NCBI RefSeq assembly: GCF_035084215.1
Contig: NC_090339.1
Coordinates: 56,110,001 to 56,174,000, forward strand
Direction of reading: 5' to 3'
Length of the DNA stretch: 64,000 nucleotides
Origin: Heptranchias perlo
Taxonomy: Eukaryota
The translations under genes were made by a program, and so were the position numbers. Within the stretch, counting starts at the first letter, position 1; every line of letters starts with the position of its first letter. Positions 13,559-27,285 of the stretch are shown in pieces. Below the pieces are notes generated by a model that did no database searches, had not been told where the DNA came from, and worked only from the letters and a program-made list of their open reading frames with translations.

Positions 13559-13777
13559 AATTGTAAACAATTTTACAACACCAAGTTATAGTCCAGCAAT
13601 TTTATTTTAAATTCACAAGCTTTCGGAGGCTACCTCCTTCGTCAGGTGAACGATGTGACGAAGGAGGTAGCCTCCGAAAGCTTGTGAATTTAAAATAAAA
13701 TTGCTGGACTATAACTTGGTGTTGTAAAATTGTTTACAATTGTCAACCCCAGTCCATCACCGGCATCTCCACATCAT
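13559..13777. mobile_element. Penelope-derived palindromic insertion (family A); hammerhead intact on - strand
   Basis: Inverted arms around ~13645-13655; TSD TCATAAAATTTGAT at 13545-13558 and 13774-13787; loop-II variant TAG in both arms. Confidence 0.9.
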
Positions 13778-15869
13778 AAAATTTGATGTGAGTTCAGTAC
13801 AGCTTGTAATATACTATTCCAAAGAAGAGTGGGCAGTATTCCTGATGACCTGGCCAACATTTATTCCTCAACCAACACCATTAAAACAGTTTATCTCATT
13901 GCTGTTTGTGGGACCTTGCTGTGTGCAAGTTGGCTGCCCTACATTACAACAGTGACTACACTTCAAAAGTACTTAATTGGCTGTAAACTGCTTTGGGTGT
14001 TTGAAAGGCATCATATAAATGTAAGTTCTCTCTTTCCTTCTTTACACACCACTGTTCCAATTTAAGCTGCAGTCACTGCATAGAATTCTTCATAAAATGA
14101 TGGTCTCAGAATTCAGGGCAAACTGTTGAACTGAGAAACATCCCAGAATTTGAATGATCTGATTAACAGTAATAATTGCTTTTGTACGCTTCCCAGGTTT
14201 AATAAAACAAAAAGCTTAATGATACTACAACTCAAAAATACAAACAACTTCCTACAATATTCAATTAAATGCAGTGTTCTACAGAAGCTAATAAAACATT
14301 TTCATTTATATAGCCACTGTCTGAACTTTATGTTAAACTGCCACCAGTAAATGCACACATCTGTGACAGCAATGCTGGCAATAACTTATTGTCATTGATC
14401 ATTAATGCAAATAAATATCATTTGGCGCAATTTCAAATATGAATAAAGTTTGGACCTACCCCACAGAATCAGTTTGACCTTCAGAAATGATTGATTTAAG
14501 ATCAGATTTTTTTAATGTTAAAATTTCTGGAGTTTTTTTGGCAGGAATCACTAGCAAAATATTCACTAAATGTCCATGTAGGTGTTGTATGTTCATCTAA
14601 TGTAATAGTTGTCAAGGAATTATTGGGCAAGCCCCACCAAATTATCAAAAACTCTTAGCTACAGACTCCATAGATTCTACTCGATAGGGCCTAGTCCTTA
14701 ATTTGAAGTTCAAAGTATTGTAGTTGTTCCCCTGAATATCTGATGTTTTTGAGATGTTGTAACTCTTTTAAATTAAACATAATATTGACATTTTATATTG
14801 ACATTTTAAAAAGTTACCATCACAATCAGTATATCCATACACTATTTTTAAAAAAGGCGCACTTCCTTTCCACAAACCTTATTTCCTATTATTGTGGTTT
14901 TTGATCATGATTTTCTGTTACCATGTATCATTGTAAATTGCTACATCGATATTTCTCATTCAATTTTGCTATGTCAACTGTCACAATGTAGTGCAGGCTC
15001 AGGCCACTTGGTGGCTCTGTAGAGCAAAGCTCTGAAGTGTCTCTCTGAATTCTGCCTCCATTTGATATATTTTTTTAAAAACTTATATCCATCAACTGAC
15101 AGTTGACAGACATCAACTGTCAGGCAATTTATTGATATCATTCTAACTTTTCTTGTGCGATTGGATTATTTATATTCAAATTTCCCCTTCTCCTTTGTAT
15201 TATTTTGTACATCTCAACCAGCACAGGTTTCTGACTGCAGGAGTCATCTGTTTACGTTTATGGGGCTCTATCTAAACAGGTTTCACGCTACATCTGGATC
15301 AACCTTACACCCCACAGGTTGCTAATCACAGACCTAATGGTTTCAATATGTGATAGAAAGGGTGAAACAGGAGATACTGTGAATTAACTTCTAATTTTTT
15401 TCCAATCAGTCTTTTTTTTTTAAAGTAGTGCAATGCTGGGCTGCTCTGCCTCTTCAGTGTGTGAGTGAGCATTGGGAATTTTGAACAGAATTGCAAACAG
15501 ATCTAATTATTAGCCTGATTAAGAATTTGAGATATTAAAAAGTCTGAAATATTTAAAATCACCTTTTTTTAATTGTAAAGAGGATTCCCAAAGCTACTCA
15601 CATACAATTTAGATTACAGTTAATAACTCAGTCCTTTATGAAAGGCTATATTTCAAAGCTTCAAATTAATGTGAGAACATAGTTGGTTTTGTTAATGATA
15701 CATGATTGGAAGAAACCGAAGATACTTCAGCTGTAGTTTAAGTTTGATTATTGTTTCTACTGTAGTGACAGTGCAAATTACCAGAATTAATAATCAACAC
15801 TTTTATCTGCACTCCTTTACAGAATTCTGTTGAAATGATGACACTGTGAACCAGCAGCCCAACTGAGCA

Positions 15870-16055
15870 AAATAAAAGCAAAATACAGTGGATGCTGGAA
15901 ATCTGAAATAAAGACTGAAAATGCTGGAAACACTCAGCAGGTCAGGCAGCATCTGTGGAGAGAGAGAAACATCTGCCTGAAACGCTAACTCTATTTTTCT
16001 CTCTCTCCAAAGATGCTGCCTGACCTGCTGAGTGTTTCCGGCATTTTCTGTTTTT
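15870..16055. mobile_element. fold-back element family B (probably Penelope-derived)
   Basis: Inverted arms ~15911-15969 and ~15996-16055 (ATGCTGGAAACACTCAGCAGGTCAGGCAGCATCT / AGATGCTGCCTGACCTGCTGAGTGTTTCC); hammerhead 3' remnant CCTGAAACGCTAAC. Confidence 0.75.
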
Positions 16056-16057
16056 AA

Positions 16058-16435
16058 GATTTGAGCACAAAATTTAGGCTGAGACTCCAGTGCAGTACTG
16101 AGAAAGTGCTGCACTGTTAGAGGTGCCGTCTTTCGGATGAGATGTTAAACCGAGGCCCTAGTTTTCCCTCCCAGGTGGACGTAAACAATCCCATGGCACT
16201 ATTTTGAAGGAGAGCAGGGGAGTTCTCCCCAGTGTCTTGGTCAATATTTATCCCTTAACCAACATCACTAAAACATTGTTGGTCATCATCTCATTGCTGT
16301 TTGTGGGAGCTTGCTGTGTGCAAATTGCACGTTTCCTACATTACAACAGTGACTACACTTCAAAAGTGCTTCATTGGCTGTAAGGTGCTTTGGGACGCCC
16401 TGAGATAGAGAAAGGCGCTATATAAATGCAAGCCT
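16058..16435 (+). mobile_element. DeuSINE copy (5' part missing)
   Basis: Same core and AAAGGCGCTATATAAATGCAAG tail. Confidence 0.8.
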
Positions 16436-16528
16436 TTCTTTTTAAGTAGTTCAGTTGTCAAGAAGGGAGAAAAGTATATTCTGCATCGTGACATCTTGGC
16501 AGTTGTTTCCAGTGACTAGATGAGTTGT

Positions 16529-16737
16529 CAAATGTAAGGACTTGCACAATACCAGGTTATAGTCCAACAGTTTTATTTTAAATCACAAGCTTTCGGAGCT
16601 TACCTCCTTCGTCACCTGACGAAGGAGGTAAGCTCTGAAAGCTTGTGATTTAAAATAAAACTGTTGGACTATAACCTGGTATTGTGCAAGTCCTTACATT
16701 TGTCCACCCCAGTCCATCACTGACATCTCCACATCAT
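16529..16737. mobile_element. Penelope-derived palindromic insertion (family A); + strand hammerhead 16612-16648
   Basis: Inverted arms centred ~16615; TSD TAGATGAGT at 16517-16525 and 16737-16745. Confidence 0.88.
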
Positions 16738-16924
16738 AGATGAGTGGTGGCATTATGAGCTGTCTGGAACAGCTTTGGCTGATTCCAGTATTGATAGCAT
16801 CCAATTGACACCACTTGTCTCAGAAGTACAGCAAAAGCATGTTTGGGAATTGTATATTTGATATTGATTCTCAACAATAATGTCATCATACCAGACTGCT
16901 TACTATTGACTTTTTTAGCCAGCA

Positions 16925-19260
16925 TGTAGCAAGCCCAACGAGAGGGAGAGCAGTTCTGGATTTAGTTTTAGGGAATGAAGCTGGTGGAAGGAGTATCAAT
17001 GGGGGAGCATTTTGTTGGTAGTGATCATAATTCAGTTAGATTTAGCATAGTTATGGAAAAGGACAGAGGTAGAACAGGAATAAAAGTTCTAAATTGGGGA
17101 AAGGCCAATTTTACTAAGCTGAGAAGTGATTTAGCGAAAGTAGACTGGAAACAGCTACTTGAAGGTAAATCAGTGTCAGAGCAGTTGGAGGCATTCAAGG
17201 AGGAGATTCAAGGGGTTCAGAGTAAACATGTTCCCACAAAGAGAAAGGGTGGGACTGCCAAGTCTAGAGCCCCCTGGATGACAAGGAGCATACAGGGTAA
17301 GATAAGGCAAAAAGGGGAAGCTTTGTCAAACACCAAGAGCTCAATATGGCAGAAAGCCTAGAGTGCAGAGTTGAAATTGAAAAGGAAATTAGGAAAGCAA
17401 AGAGAGGGCATGAAAAAATACTGGCAAGTAACATTAAGGGAAACCCCAAAATGTTTTATAAATACATAAAGAGCAGGAGGATAACTAAGGAAAGAGTAGG
17501 GCCTATTAGAGATCAAAAAGGTAACCTATGTGTGGAGGCGGAAGATGTGGGTATGGATCTTAATGAATACTTTGCGTCTGTCTTCACAAAAGAGAGGGAC
17601 GATGCAGTGATTGTAGTTAAGGAGGAGGAGTGTGAAATATTGGATGGGATAAACATAATGAGAGAGGAAGTATTAAGGGGTTTAGCATCTTTGAAAGTAG
17701 ATAAATCGCCAGGCCCGGATGAAATGTATCCCAAGCTGTTAAGAGAAGCAAGGGAGGAAATCATCATTTTCCAATCCTCCCTGGCTACAGGCATGATGCC
17801 AGAGTATTGGAGGACTGCTAACATTGTACTGTTGTTTAAAAAGGGAGAAAGAGATAGACCGAGTAATTATAGGCCAGTCAGTCTAACCTCGGTGGTGGGA
17901 AAGTTATTGAAATCGATTCTGAGGGACAGCATAAATCGTCATTTAGAAAGGCATGGGTTAATCAAGGACAGTCAGCATGGATTTGTTAAGGGAAGGTTTT
18001 GTCTGACTAACTTGATTGAATTTTTTGAGCGGGTAACAAGGAGGGTCGATGAGGGTAACACATTTGATGTAGTGTACATGGATTTTAGCAGGCTTTTGAC
18101 AAGGTCCTACACAGCAGATTGGTCAAAAAAGTACAAGCTCATGGGATCCAAGGGAAAGTGGCAAGTTGGTTCCAAAATTGGCTCAGTGGCAGGAAGCAAA
18201 GGGTAATGGTTGATGGGTGTTTTTGCGACTGGAAGGCTGTTTCCAGTGGGGTCCCGCAATGCTCAGTACTAGGTCCTTTACTTTTTGTGGTATATATTAA
18301 TGATTTGGATTTGAATGTAGGGGGCTTGATCAAGAAGTTTGCAGATGATACAAAAATTGGCCATGTGGTTGATAGTGAGGAGGAAAGCTGTAGACTGCAG
18401 GAAGATAGCAATGGACTGGTCAGGTGGGCAGGACAGTGGAAAATGGAATTCAATCCAGAGAAGTTTGAGGTAATGCATTTGGAGAAGGCAAACAAGGCAA
18501 GGGAATACACAATAAATGGGAGGATACTGAGAGGTGTAGAGGAACAGAGGGACCTTGGAATGCATGTCCACAGATCCCTAAACATAGGTAGGTAAGGTGG
18601 TTAAAAAGGCATACAGAATACTTGCCTTTATTAGCTGAGGCATAGAATATAAGAGCAGGGAAGTTATGCTAGAACTGTATAAAATGCTAGTTAGGCCACA
18701 GCTTGAGTACTGCGAACAGTTCTGGTCATCACATTACAGGAAAGATGTGATTGCACTAGACAGGACACAGAGGAGATTTACCAGGATGTTGCCAGGGCTA
18801 AAGAATTTTAGCTATGGGAAAAGATTGGATAGGCTGGAGTTGTTTTCTTTGGAACAAAGGAGGCTGAGGGGAAATTTAATTGGGGTATATAAAATTATGA
18901 TGGGACTAGAAAGAGTGGGTAGGAAGGACCTATTTTCCTTTAGCAGAGGGGTCAGTGACCAGGGGGCATCGATTTAAAGTAATTGGTGGAAGGATTAGAT
19001 GGGAGCTGAGGAGAAATCTTGTCACCCAGAGGGCGGTGGGGGTCTGGAACTCACTGCCTGAAAGGGTGGTAGAGGCTGAAACCCTCAACTCATTTAAAAA
19101 GTACTTGGATGTGCACTTGAAGTGCCGTAACCTACAGGGCTTCGGACCAAGTGCTGGAAAGTGGGAGTAAGCTGGAAAGCTCTTTATCGGCCGGCGCAGG
19201 CACGCTAGGTTGAATGGCCACCTTCTGTGCCGTAAATTTCTATGATTCTATGATTCTATA
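16925..19260 (+). mobile_element. 5'-truncated CR1 LINE ORF2
   Basis: SDHN, KSPGPD, NYRPVSLTS, QHGF, FADD, LEYC motifs; (TATGATTC)n tail. Confidence 0.95.
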
Positions 19261-19494
19261 ACTTACTTGGGTGTCATACAATAAACAACAAAGGATCTAA
19301 GCGTCAGTTTTAAAAACAATTTCAACCAGCTGATGTGCCTTTTTATTGTACAAAATGCAACTTTTTTCCAAGTAAACGGCCACAACTAATCATGACCTGG
19401 TATTAGAGGAAGACAGATTTGTATTTTAACTATTTAAAATCATAGTTGAATTCACGTTACCTCAAGGATCTTTTTACTGCAATAAAAACAGATT

Positions 19495-20680
19495 CTCCTG
19501 CCTGGCCTCTCCTCCGTCGTCCAGCTGGGTGGGACTGCGCTTGCCTAGTTGTATTCTTATCCATCCAGTCGTAGCCAGAGAATCACCTGCATTGGCTTCT
19601 CTTCCCGCTCCCACACCGATACCTCCGAAGTCCCCCAAGGTTCTATCCTTGGCCCCCTCCTATTTCTCATCTATATGCTGCCCCTCGGCGACATCATCCG
19701 AGAACACAACATCAGGTTCCACATGTATGCTGATGCCATGCAGCTCTACCTCACCACCACACCCTCGACCCCTCCACTGTCTCTGATTTGTCACACTGCT
19801 TGTCCGACACACGGTACTGGATGAGCAAAAATTTCCTCCAACTTAATATTGGGAAGACCGAAGCCACTGTCTTCGGTCACTGCCACATACTCCGTTCCAC
19901 AACCACCAACTCCATCCTTCTCCCCGGTCGCTGTCTGAGGCTGAACCAGACCGTTCGCAACCTTGGCATCCTATACGACCCTGAGATGAGTTTCCGACCA
20001 CATATCCGCTCCATCACCAAGATTGCCTACTTCCACCACCGTAACATTGCCCGTCTCTGCCCCTGCCTCAGCTCATCTGTTTGCTGAAACCCTCATCCAT
20101 GCCTTTATTACCTCTAGACATGACTATTCCAAGGCTCTCCTGGATGACCTCCCATCTTCCAACCTCCATAAACTTAAGCTCATCTGAAACTCTGCTGCCA
20201 GTATCCTAACTCACACCAAGTCCCGTTCACCCATCACCCCTGTGCTCGCTGACCTACATTGGCTCCCGGTCTGGGAACGCCTCAATTTAAAAATTCTCAT
20301 CCTTGTTTTCAAATCCCTCTATGCCCTCGCCCCTCCCTATCTCTGTAACCTCCGCCAGCCCTACAACCATCCGAGATCTCTGCTTTCCTCCAATTCTTGC
20401 CTCTTGCGCATCCCCGATTTTAATCGCTCCACCGTTGGTGGCCGTGCCTTCAGCTGCCTAGGTCCTAAGCTCTGGAATTCCCTCCCTAAACCTCTCTGCC
20501 TCTCTACCTCTCACTCTCCTACTTTAAGACGGTCCTTAAAATCTACCTCTTTGACCAAGTTTTTGGTCGCCTGTCCTAATATTTCCTTTTGTGGCACGAT
20601 ATCAAATTTTGTTTGATAGCGTTCCTGTGAGTGAAGCAGTTTGGGATGTTTTACTACGTTAAAGGCACAAGTTGTTGTTG
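19495..20680 (+). mobile_element. L2 LINE RT and 3' end
   Basis: [46 protein letters not shown] motifs; GTTGTTG tail. Confidence 0.92.
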
Positions 20681-22091
20681 TCACTTCTTCAAAGAGTTCA
20701 ATAAGTTTGGTCAAGCCTGACGTTCCCTTCTGAAATCCGCGCTGACTACTGTTTAATATATTTTCGTTACCTAGATGTTTTTCCAATACAGCTTTGAGTA
20801 AAGATTCCATCGTGAAGCGTCTTGAGATGCTTTACTACATTAAAGGCGCTATATAAATGTAGGTGGTTGTTGTTGACTGTTGCCGTCGACTAGGTCACAT
20901 GCTGCTAACCTCATTTTAATTTTTTACTCGTTTTTAAAATTCTACTAGACTGTGGCACATTTGAAGATGTTCTGACGAAAGGATATGTTACATTTAATGT
21001 TCATTCTCACAAGGTTTAAAAAAAGCTTCTAGACAAAAGGTGGTTAATATGCTAATTGGAAGTTCTTTTCCCCAGAAACTAAGCAATTCAATTTGTTAGA
21101 TCTTCCAGGTAGATAGAGAAAAAACACCTCACATTCATTGTGTTGTCAAACTCTTTGATCTCTGCCTGTGAAGAGAGAGGTGAAAAGGCAGAGAGAGAGA
21201 GAGAGAGAAGGAGAGAGGAAGAGAGAGTGAGGAAGGGAGAGAGAGAACATTTTTGAGAAACAGAATACTGTGCAGGCAATCACGCAGCAAAAAGCAGGCT
21301 CAAAGGAAAGATGTGGGAGTAGAAATTGGACCTAATTGCATCCTTTCTACAAGTGCAAAACAGGCACAATCAAGACCAATTTCAGGGAGCAGCAGCTCTG
21401 CCAGATCAGTGTCGGGGTACGGACACTGCCATATTGACAGAGGCAGCTATCCAGGCCCCCATGGTGTCTACTTGAAACAGGACCTAGGGGCCTCACATAA
21501 GTAAATGAAGTGCCTGAGACCTGCTTCAGGGGCCCTGCACTAAATTGTTTGGCGATGAACAGATCAGGCAGTGGGCCTGCAGGCTGCAGCCTACCTGCAA
21601 CAGGCCCTTTCCATTGTCCTTCCAATCTCCCACCCACCCCGCCCCTTTCGTATGTTCCTACGCTTAGTCCCTGGGGGCAAAGCACTGCAAAAAGGGGCAA
21701 AGACGTATGAAACTGGACTTCTGCCCCCTTTAAGTTGCCGCAAAATTTTCAGCGGTTCCCATGAGAGGCAGCAGAGTACTTGCATGTACAATATGCACAG
21801 GGTAAGGGCTGCCGTGTGAATGAGGTGTGGGGGGTGGAGGATGGACTTCCCAGTTCTTCTGCCTCATTTTCCCATTTTAATTCAAAATTCAAAACTGTAC
21901 AAGATTTTCACCTCTGACAACTCAAACTAGCGTCCAGTATTCTCTATATTGCTATAGAAACATTAAACAGTAGACTCTTTTTTTCTCTATTTCCAACACA
22001 CGTCAAGGAAAACCAAACCATTTGTGGCAATCTACTAATTAGACTTGTATGTCATCGTAGTATCCTATTATCATAGTAGGTATAGCACAGA

Positions 22092-22560
22092 TTGATTCCT
22101 GGGATGAGAGGGTTGTCCTATGAGGAGAGATTGTGCAGAATGGGCCTACGCTCTCTGCAGTTTAGAAGAATGAGAGATCATCTCATTGAAACGTATAAAA
22201 CTCTTAGAGGGCTTGACAGGGTAGATGCTGAGAGGCTGTTTCTCCTGGCTGGAGAGTCTAGAACTAGGGGTCATAGTCTCAAGATAAGGGGTCGGCCATT
22301 TAGGACCGAGATGAGGAAAAATTTCTTCACTCAGAGGGTTGTGAACTTTGGAATTCTCCATTCTAGAGGGCTGTGGATGCTCAGTCATTGAGTATATTCA
22401 AAACTGAGATCAATAGATTTTTGGACACTAAGGGAATCAAGGGATATGGGGATAGGGCGGGAAAGTGGAGTTAAGGTAGAAGATCAGCCATGATCTTTTT
22501 GAATGGCGGAGCAGGCTCGAGGGGCCGTATTCCTGCTCCAATTTCTTATGTTTTTATGTA
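22092..22560 (+). mobile_element. CR1 3' fragment
   Basis: IPGMRGLSYEERL...TRGHSLK...FFTQRVV. Confidence 0.9.
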
Positions 22561-23190
22561 GGAGGAGGCCATTCAGCACATTGTGCCCGTGCTGGCTCTT
22601 TGAAAGAGCTATCCAATTAGTCTCAATCCCCTGCTCTATCCCCATAGCCCTGTAATTTTTTTCCTTTCAAGTATTTATCCCACTTGAAAGTTACTATTGA
22701 ATCTGCTTCCACCACCCTTTCAGGCAGTGCATTCCAGATCATTACAACTCGCTGCATAAAAAATGTTTCCTCATGTCGCCTCTGGCTGTTTTGCCGATCA
22801 CCTTAAATCTGTGTCCTCTGGTAACCGACCCTTCTGCCACTGGAAACAGTTTCTCCTTGTTTACTCTCTCAAAGCCGTTCATGATTTTGAACACCTCTAT
22901 CAAATCTCCCCTAAACCTTCTCTGTTCGAAGAAGAACAACCCCAGCTTCTCCAGTCTCTCCACATAACTAAAGTCCCTCATCCCTGGTACCATTCCAGTA
23001 AATCTCTTCTGCACCCTCTCGAAAGACTGGACATCCTTCCTAAAGTGTGGTGCCCAGAATTGAACACAATACTCCTTGCTTTTGTATTCTGTGCCTCTAT
23101 TAATAAAGCCCAGGATCCCATATGTTTTTTTTAAAAAGCCTTCTCAACTTGTCCTGCCACCTTCAAAGATTTGTATACATACACCCCCAC
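22561..23190 (-). mobile_element. CR1 3' fragment, tail-to-tail with the previous copy
   Basis: QKRFTGMVPGMRDFSYVERLEKLGLF on the - strand. Confidence 0.9.
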
Positions 23191-23197
23191 GAACATT

Positions 23198-23362
23198 GGG
23201 GTAGATTTTGACTTTGTGCGATAGTGTAAAACGGGAGAAGCCCATTTTGCCTCTCTCCCTGATTTTTTTATTTCCATTGAAGTCAATCGGGACAGATGTA
23301 AAACAGGCTGGCGATTTGCTATCACTCGTATTACACTATCGCACAAAGTCAAAATCTAGCCC
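23198..23362. mobile_element. short MITE (relatives at 11-124, 2687-2861, 60952-61078)
   Basis: TIR GGGGTAGATTTTGACTTTGTGCGATAGTGTAA / TTACACTATCGCACAAAGTCAAAATCTAGCCC; ATT TSD. Confidence 0.85.
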
Positions 23363-23845
23363 ATTGTGTGCACACTTGGCAGCCTGAATAATCATGTAAG
23401 CATATTTAAATATTGGTATTCATTCTGTGTTCTCTACAGCTAATCTCGCCTCCATTTAACATTTTAAAAACGTTTCTTATTAATTTGGTCGTTGGGAAGC
23501 GCTAACCTTAGTGACCTCTCGGCTTCTTTAGCATAATTTGCATTTATTACGTAAATAATTTGTCAATGTCTATCGAAATGTTCTGGTCAGATCAAGGTTA
23601 TACTGTACTTATAAATATAAAACAGGTAGCATCCATTATTTTCTAAGGAGCCATTAGTGACCCTTTGTACTGCAACACATTTCCGTAGCAATCTATGCAT
23701 CAGCTGTAACAAAATAAGGAAATGCAGACACAAGTGGTCATAATTTGTGAATACAACTGTAACATTTAAGCGTCGATTTGTAGGCGTTATGACATTGTGA
23801 TTCTCATCTCTGCACACTCGACTGCTAGGGAAGGCCAGAGACCAT

Positions 23846-25814
23846 GGGGCCGATTTTCGGGTGACAGAGCGGGGGCAAGGGGGCCCCGAAAATCGCTAAA
23901 ATGCCGAGTGGGTTCAGTGCCCAGCTCCAACCCGCTGACTTCCGGGTTCCCGCGCGCCTCCCGAATGTGGGAGTCCCACCGGCAGTTAAAGCCGGCCGGA
24001 TGATAATTTGCATAGTTTGTCCGATAGTTGAGGTACTTGAACTACTTGATTGACTAGACATTTTGGCAGGGGTGCGATTTTGAAGGATCCTCAGCATGTT
24101 TCCCGTGTGGTGGGAATCACTCCCTGTTGCAACAGATGTGTTTCAGCCAGCAGCCAGTGGGAGACGCAAATGCTAATTATACGTATCTGCCTGCCTGTAT
24201 AAGGCGGCAGAATGTTGTTCACCCTGAGTCCGAAGGGCCGTTGTCAGGGCCTGAACGGATTCATGTGTGAGCCATGCTTGAAGCTCCAAGGAGGCTAGCC
24301 TTCCCTCCATCGCAGACGTTCCCGCACTTATCCGCAACACTATTTCAGAGATGCCCTCACGTACCTGTGACAGTATCTCAGAGATGCCCTCCCTTACCAG
24401 TGCCACCATTCCACTCATGCAGACGTTGGACTCCTCCATCCTCTGCGCTATTGTGGAGAGTGCGCGTGGCACCTGTTCCAGCACCTCGCAAATGTGCTGC
24501 TGCCCCTCGATCATTCGCTTTTTAATGGATGGCCCCAAGGGTTCAGCATCTGTGTCCAGCTGAGCAAAGCCTGGAGAAGAGTGCTCCCACTGACGCGGAC
24601 TCTCCACTGCTGCCCTTGCCACCAGTGTCTGCTCGTGCTCACATGTGTGTGGTGACTCACCATGTGTGACACCAATTAAGTGAGGACGGGGACCCACCGA
24701 GCTGTGTGTATCTGCGCTGGTGGATGGCTCGCTCAGATGTGACGGTACCCCCTCAGAGGCCGGCAAGTCCTGTGAGGAATCGCCCTCCGCCGTCACAGCG
24801 GTCACTGAAGGCCCTGTAAGAGAACAGAAGGCAATATTAAGCATGATGACAGATGTTGAGGTGCTGAAGATAGCGAGGCATGTTAACATCAATTGATATT
24901 GTGTGTGCTGAATGTTAAAGTTCTGTCACCAGACGTTTGTCGGGTGGCAGTCTCGGCGTCCCCGACGGACAGGCACTCGAGGGTGCGGCTCAGTTCAAGA
25001 ACTTCCTGCTCCACGTCTGTGAGGATGACTATCTGTTGTGGACCCCTCCGGTTTTTGCCCTCTCCCATGCATTCTGGGCTCTCTTCTCCTATAAGGGGAG
25101 AAAGTAGAGAGGCGTGAATGAGGGATGGTGACGTGGCCAACCGCTGAATGCATTGATTTGGGTGAGGCTGACCATGAAAGAGATGCATCAGAGGGTGAGT
25201 ATGAGACAGAGCCATGACATTGTATGAGGATTGGGTTGAGTGGTAGTGGTGAGGTGAATACTGGGGAGGTGAGGAAGTGGTGAGTAAGTGCAGGTAAGTT
25301 GAGGATGAGCTTTGAGTGGGTGTGAGGAGTGATGTGATAGAGTAGTGTTGGCAGTGCAGAAGGAGTTGTGGGGTGGGGGTGGTGATGTGGAAGACGGAGT
25401 GTAGGAGAATGAGTAAGTGTACTCACTTTGTCTGACCTACTTAGGTCATTGAAGCGCTTCCTGCACTGGATCCAGGTGCAGGAGATGTTGCTGCTTCTGG
25501 TGACCTCCTCTGCCACCTCGAGCCAGGCCTTCCTGGTGGCAGAGACAGGGCACTTCCTCCCATCTGCGGGTAGAAGACACCCCTCCTCCTCCTCACCCCA
25601 TCCAGTAGCACCTGGAGTGAGGCATCGCTGAATCTTGGAGCAGCCTTGCAGTGTTGCTCCATTGTGCTGTGTGGGTGTTTGCTCCAGGAGCAAACATTGG
25701 AGGACTGCCCCTTTAAATAGAGCTCCTCCAGCTGACAACCTGTGATGCGGGTGTGGTCAATCGCCCCCCCACCTCCCCTCGCTACAATCCCGCCTCCCCG
25801 CTAATATCAGGGCC
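23846..25814 (-). mobile_element. PIF/Harbinger element with decayed Myb/SANT gene
   Basis: APRFSDASLQVLL...KAWLEVAEEVT...WIQCRKRFNDL; imperfect TIRs GGGGCCGATTTT / AATATCAGGGCC; CAT on both flanks. Confidence 0.82.
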
Positions 25815-25949
25815 CATAAGCTAGTAAATCTGAAGATTTTAAGCACGCACAAATCCACAAAATATCCACGGTAAGGAGAGAATTTGGAAAGCAAGGCTGA
25901 AATCAACATCTATCCAATGTAATTCATCCTTCTCCAAGAAGTATCCAAT

Positions 25950-27285
25950 CAAAAAAGGGGAGAGGGATAAACCCGGCAATTACAAGCCAGTCAGCCTCAC
26001 GTTGGTGTGGAAACCTTTAGAGACAATAATACGGGACAAAATTAATTGTCACTTGGAAAAATATGGGTTAATAAATGACAGCCAGCACGGATTTGTTAAA
26101 GGCAAATCGTGTTTGACTAACTTGATTGATTTCTTTGGTGAAGTAACAGAGAGGGTTGATGAGGGTAGTACAGTTGGTGTTGTGTATATGGGCTTTCAAA
26201 AGGCATTTGATAAAGTGCCACATAATAGACTCGTTAGCAAAATTGAAGCCCATGGGATTAAAGGGTCAGTGGCAGAGTGGATACAAAATTGGCTAAGGGA
26301 CAGAAATCAGAGAGTAGTGGCGAATGGTTGTTTTTCAAACTGGAGGGAAGTATTCAGTGGTGTTCCCCAGGGGTCAGTATTAGGACCACTGCTCTTTTTG
26401 ATATATATTAATGACCTGGACTTGGGTATGGAGGGTATAATTTCAAAGTTTGCAGATGACACGCAGCTCGGAAATGCAGTAAACAATGAGGAGGATAGTA
26501 ACAGACTTCAGGAGAACATAGACAGACTGGTGAAATGGGCAGATACATGGCAGATGAAATTTAACATAAAGAAGTGTGAAGTGATGCATTTTGGTAGGAA
26601 GAATGAGGAGAGGCAATATAAACTAAATGGTACAATTTTAAAAGGGGATGCAGGATCAGAGAGACCTGGGGGTGTACGTACACAAATCTTTGAGAGTGGC
26701 TGGATGAGTTGAGAAGGCTGTTAAAAAAGCATATGGGATCCTTGGCTTTATAAACAGAGGCATAGACTACAAAAGCAAGGATGCTATGCTAAACCTTTAT
26801 AAAACACTGGTTAGGCCCCATCTGGAGTATTGTATCCAATTTGGGGACCACACTTTAAGAAGGATGTCAAGACCTTAGACAGGGTGCAGAGAAGGTTTAC
26901 TGGAATGGTATCAGGGATGAGGGACTTCAGTTATGTGGAGAGGCTGGAGAAGCTGGGGTTGTTCTCCTTAGAACAGAGAAGGTTAAGGGGAGATTTGATA
27001 GATGTGTTCAAAATCATGAAGAGTTTTGATAGAGTGAATAAGGAGAAACTGTTTCCAGTGGCAGAAGGGTCGGTAACCAGAGGACACAGATTTAAGGTGA
27101 TTGGCAAAAGAGCCAGAGGCAAGATGAAGAGAAATTTTTTTACATAGCGAGTTGTTATGATCTGGAATGCACTGCCTGAAAGGGTGGCGGAAGCAGATTA
27201 AATAATTTTCAAAAGGGAATTGGATAAATACATGAAGGGGAAAAATTTCCAGGGCTGTGGGGAAAGGGCAGAGGAGTGGGACTAA
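25950..27285 (+). mobile_element. CR1 LINE RT and 3' end
   Basis: [36 protein letters not shown] motifs. Confidence 0.93.

Noticed and set aside
17346-19170. Active CR1 retrotransposon
   Set aside because: 5'-truncated with several frameshifts and stops.
24173-25738. 239-aa and 247-aa ORFs as host MSANTD-type genes
   Set aside because: Frameshifted, inside TIRs, and a second decayed copy exists at 63 kb, so this is a Harbinger remnant.
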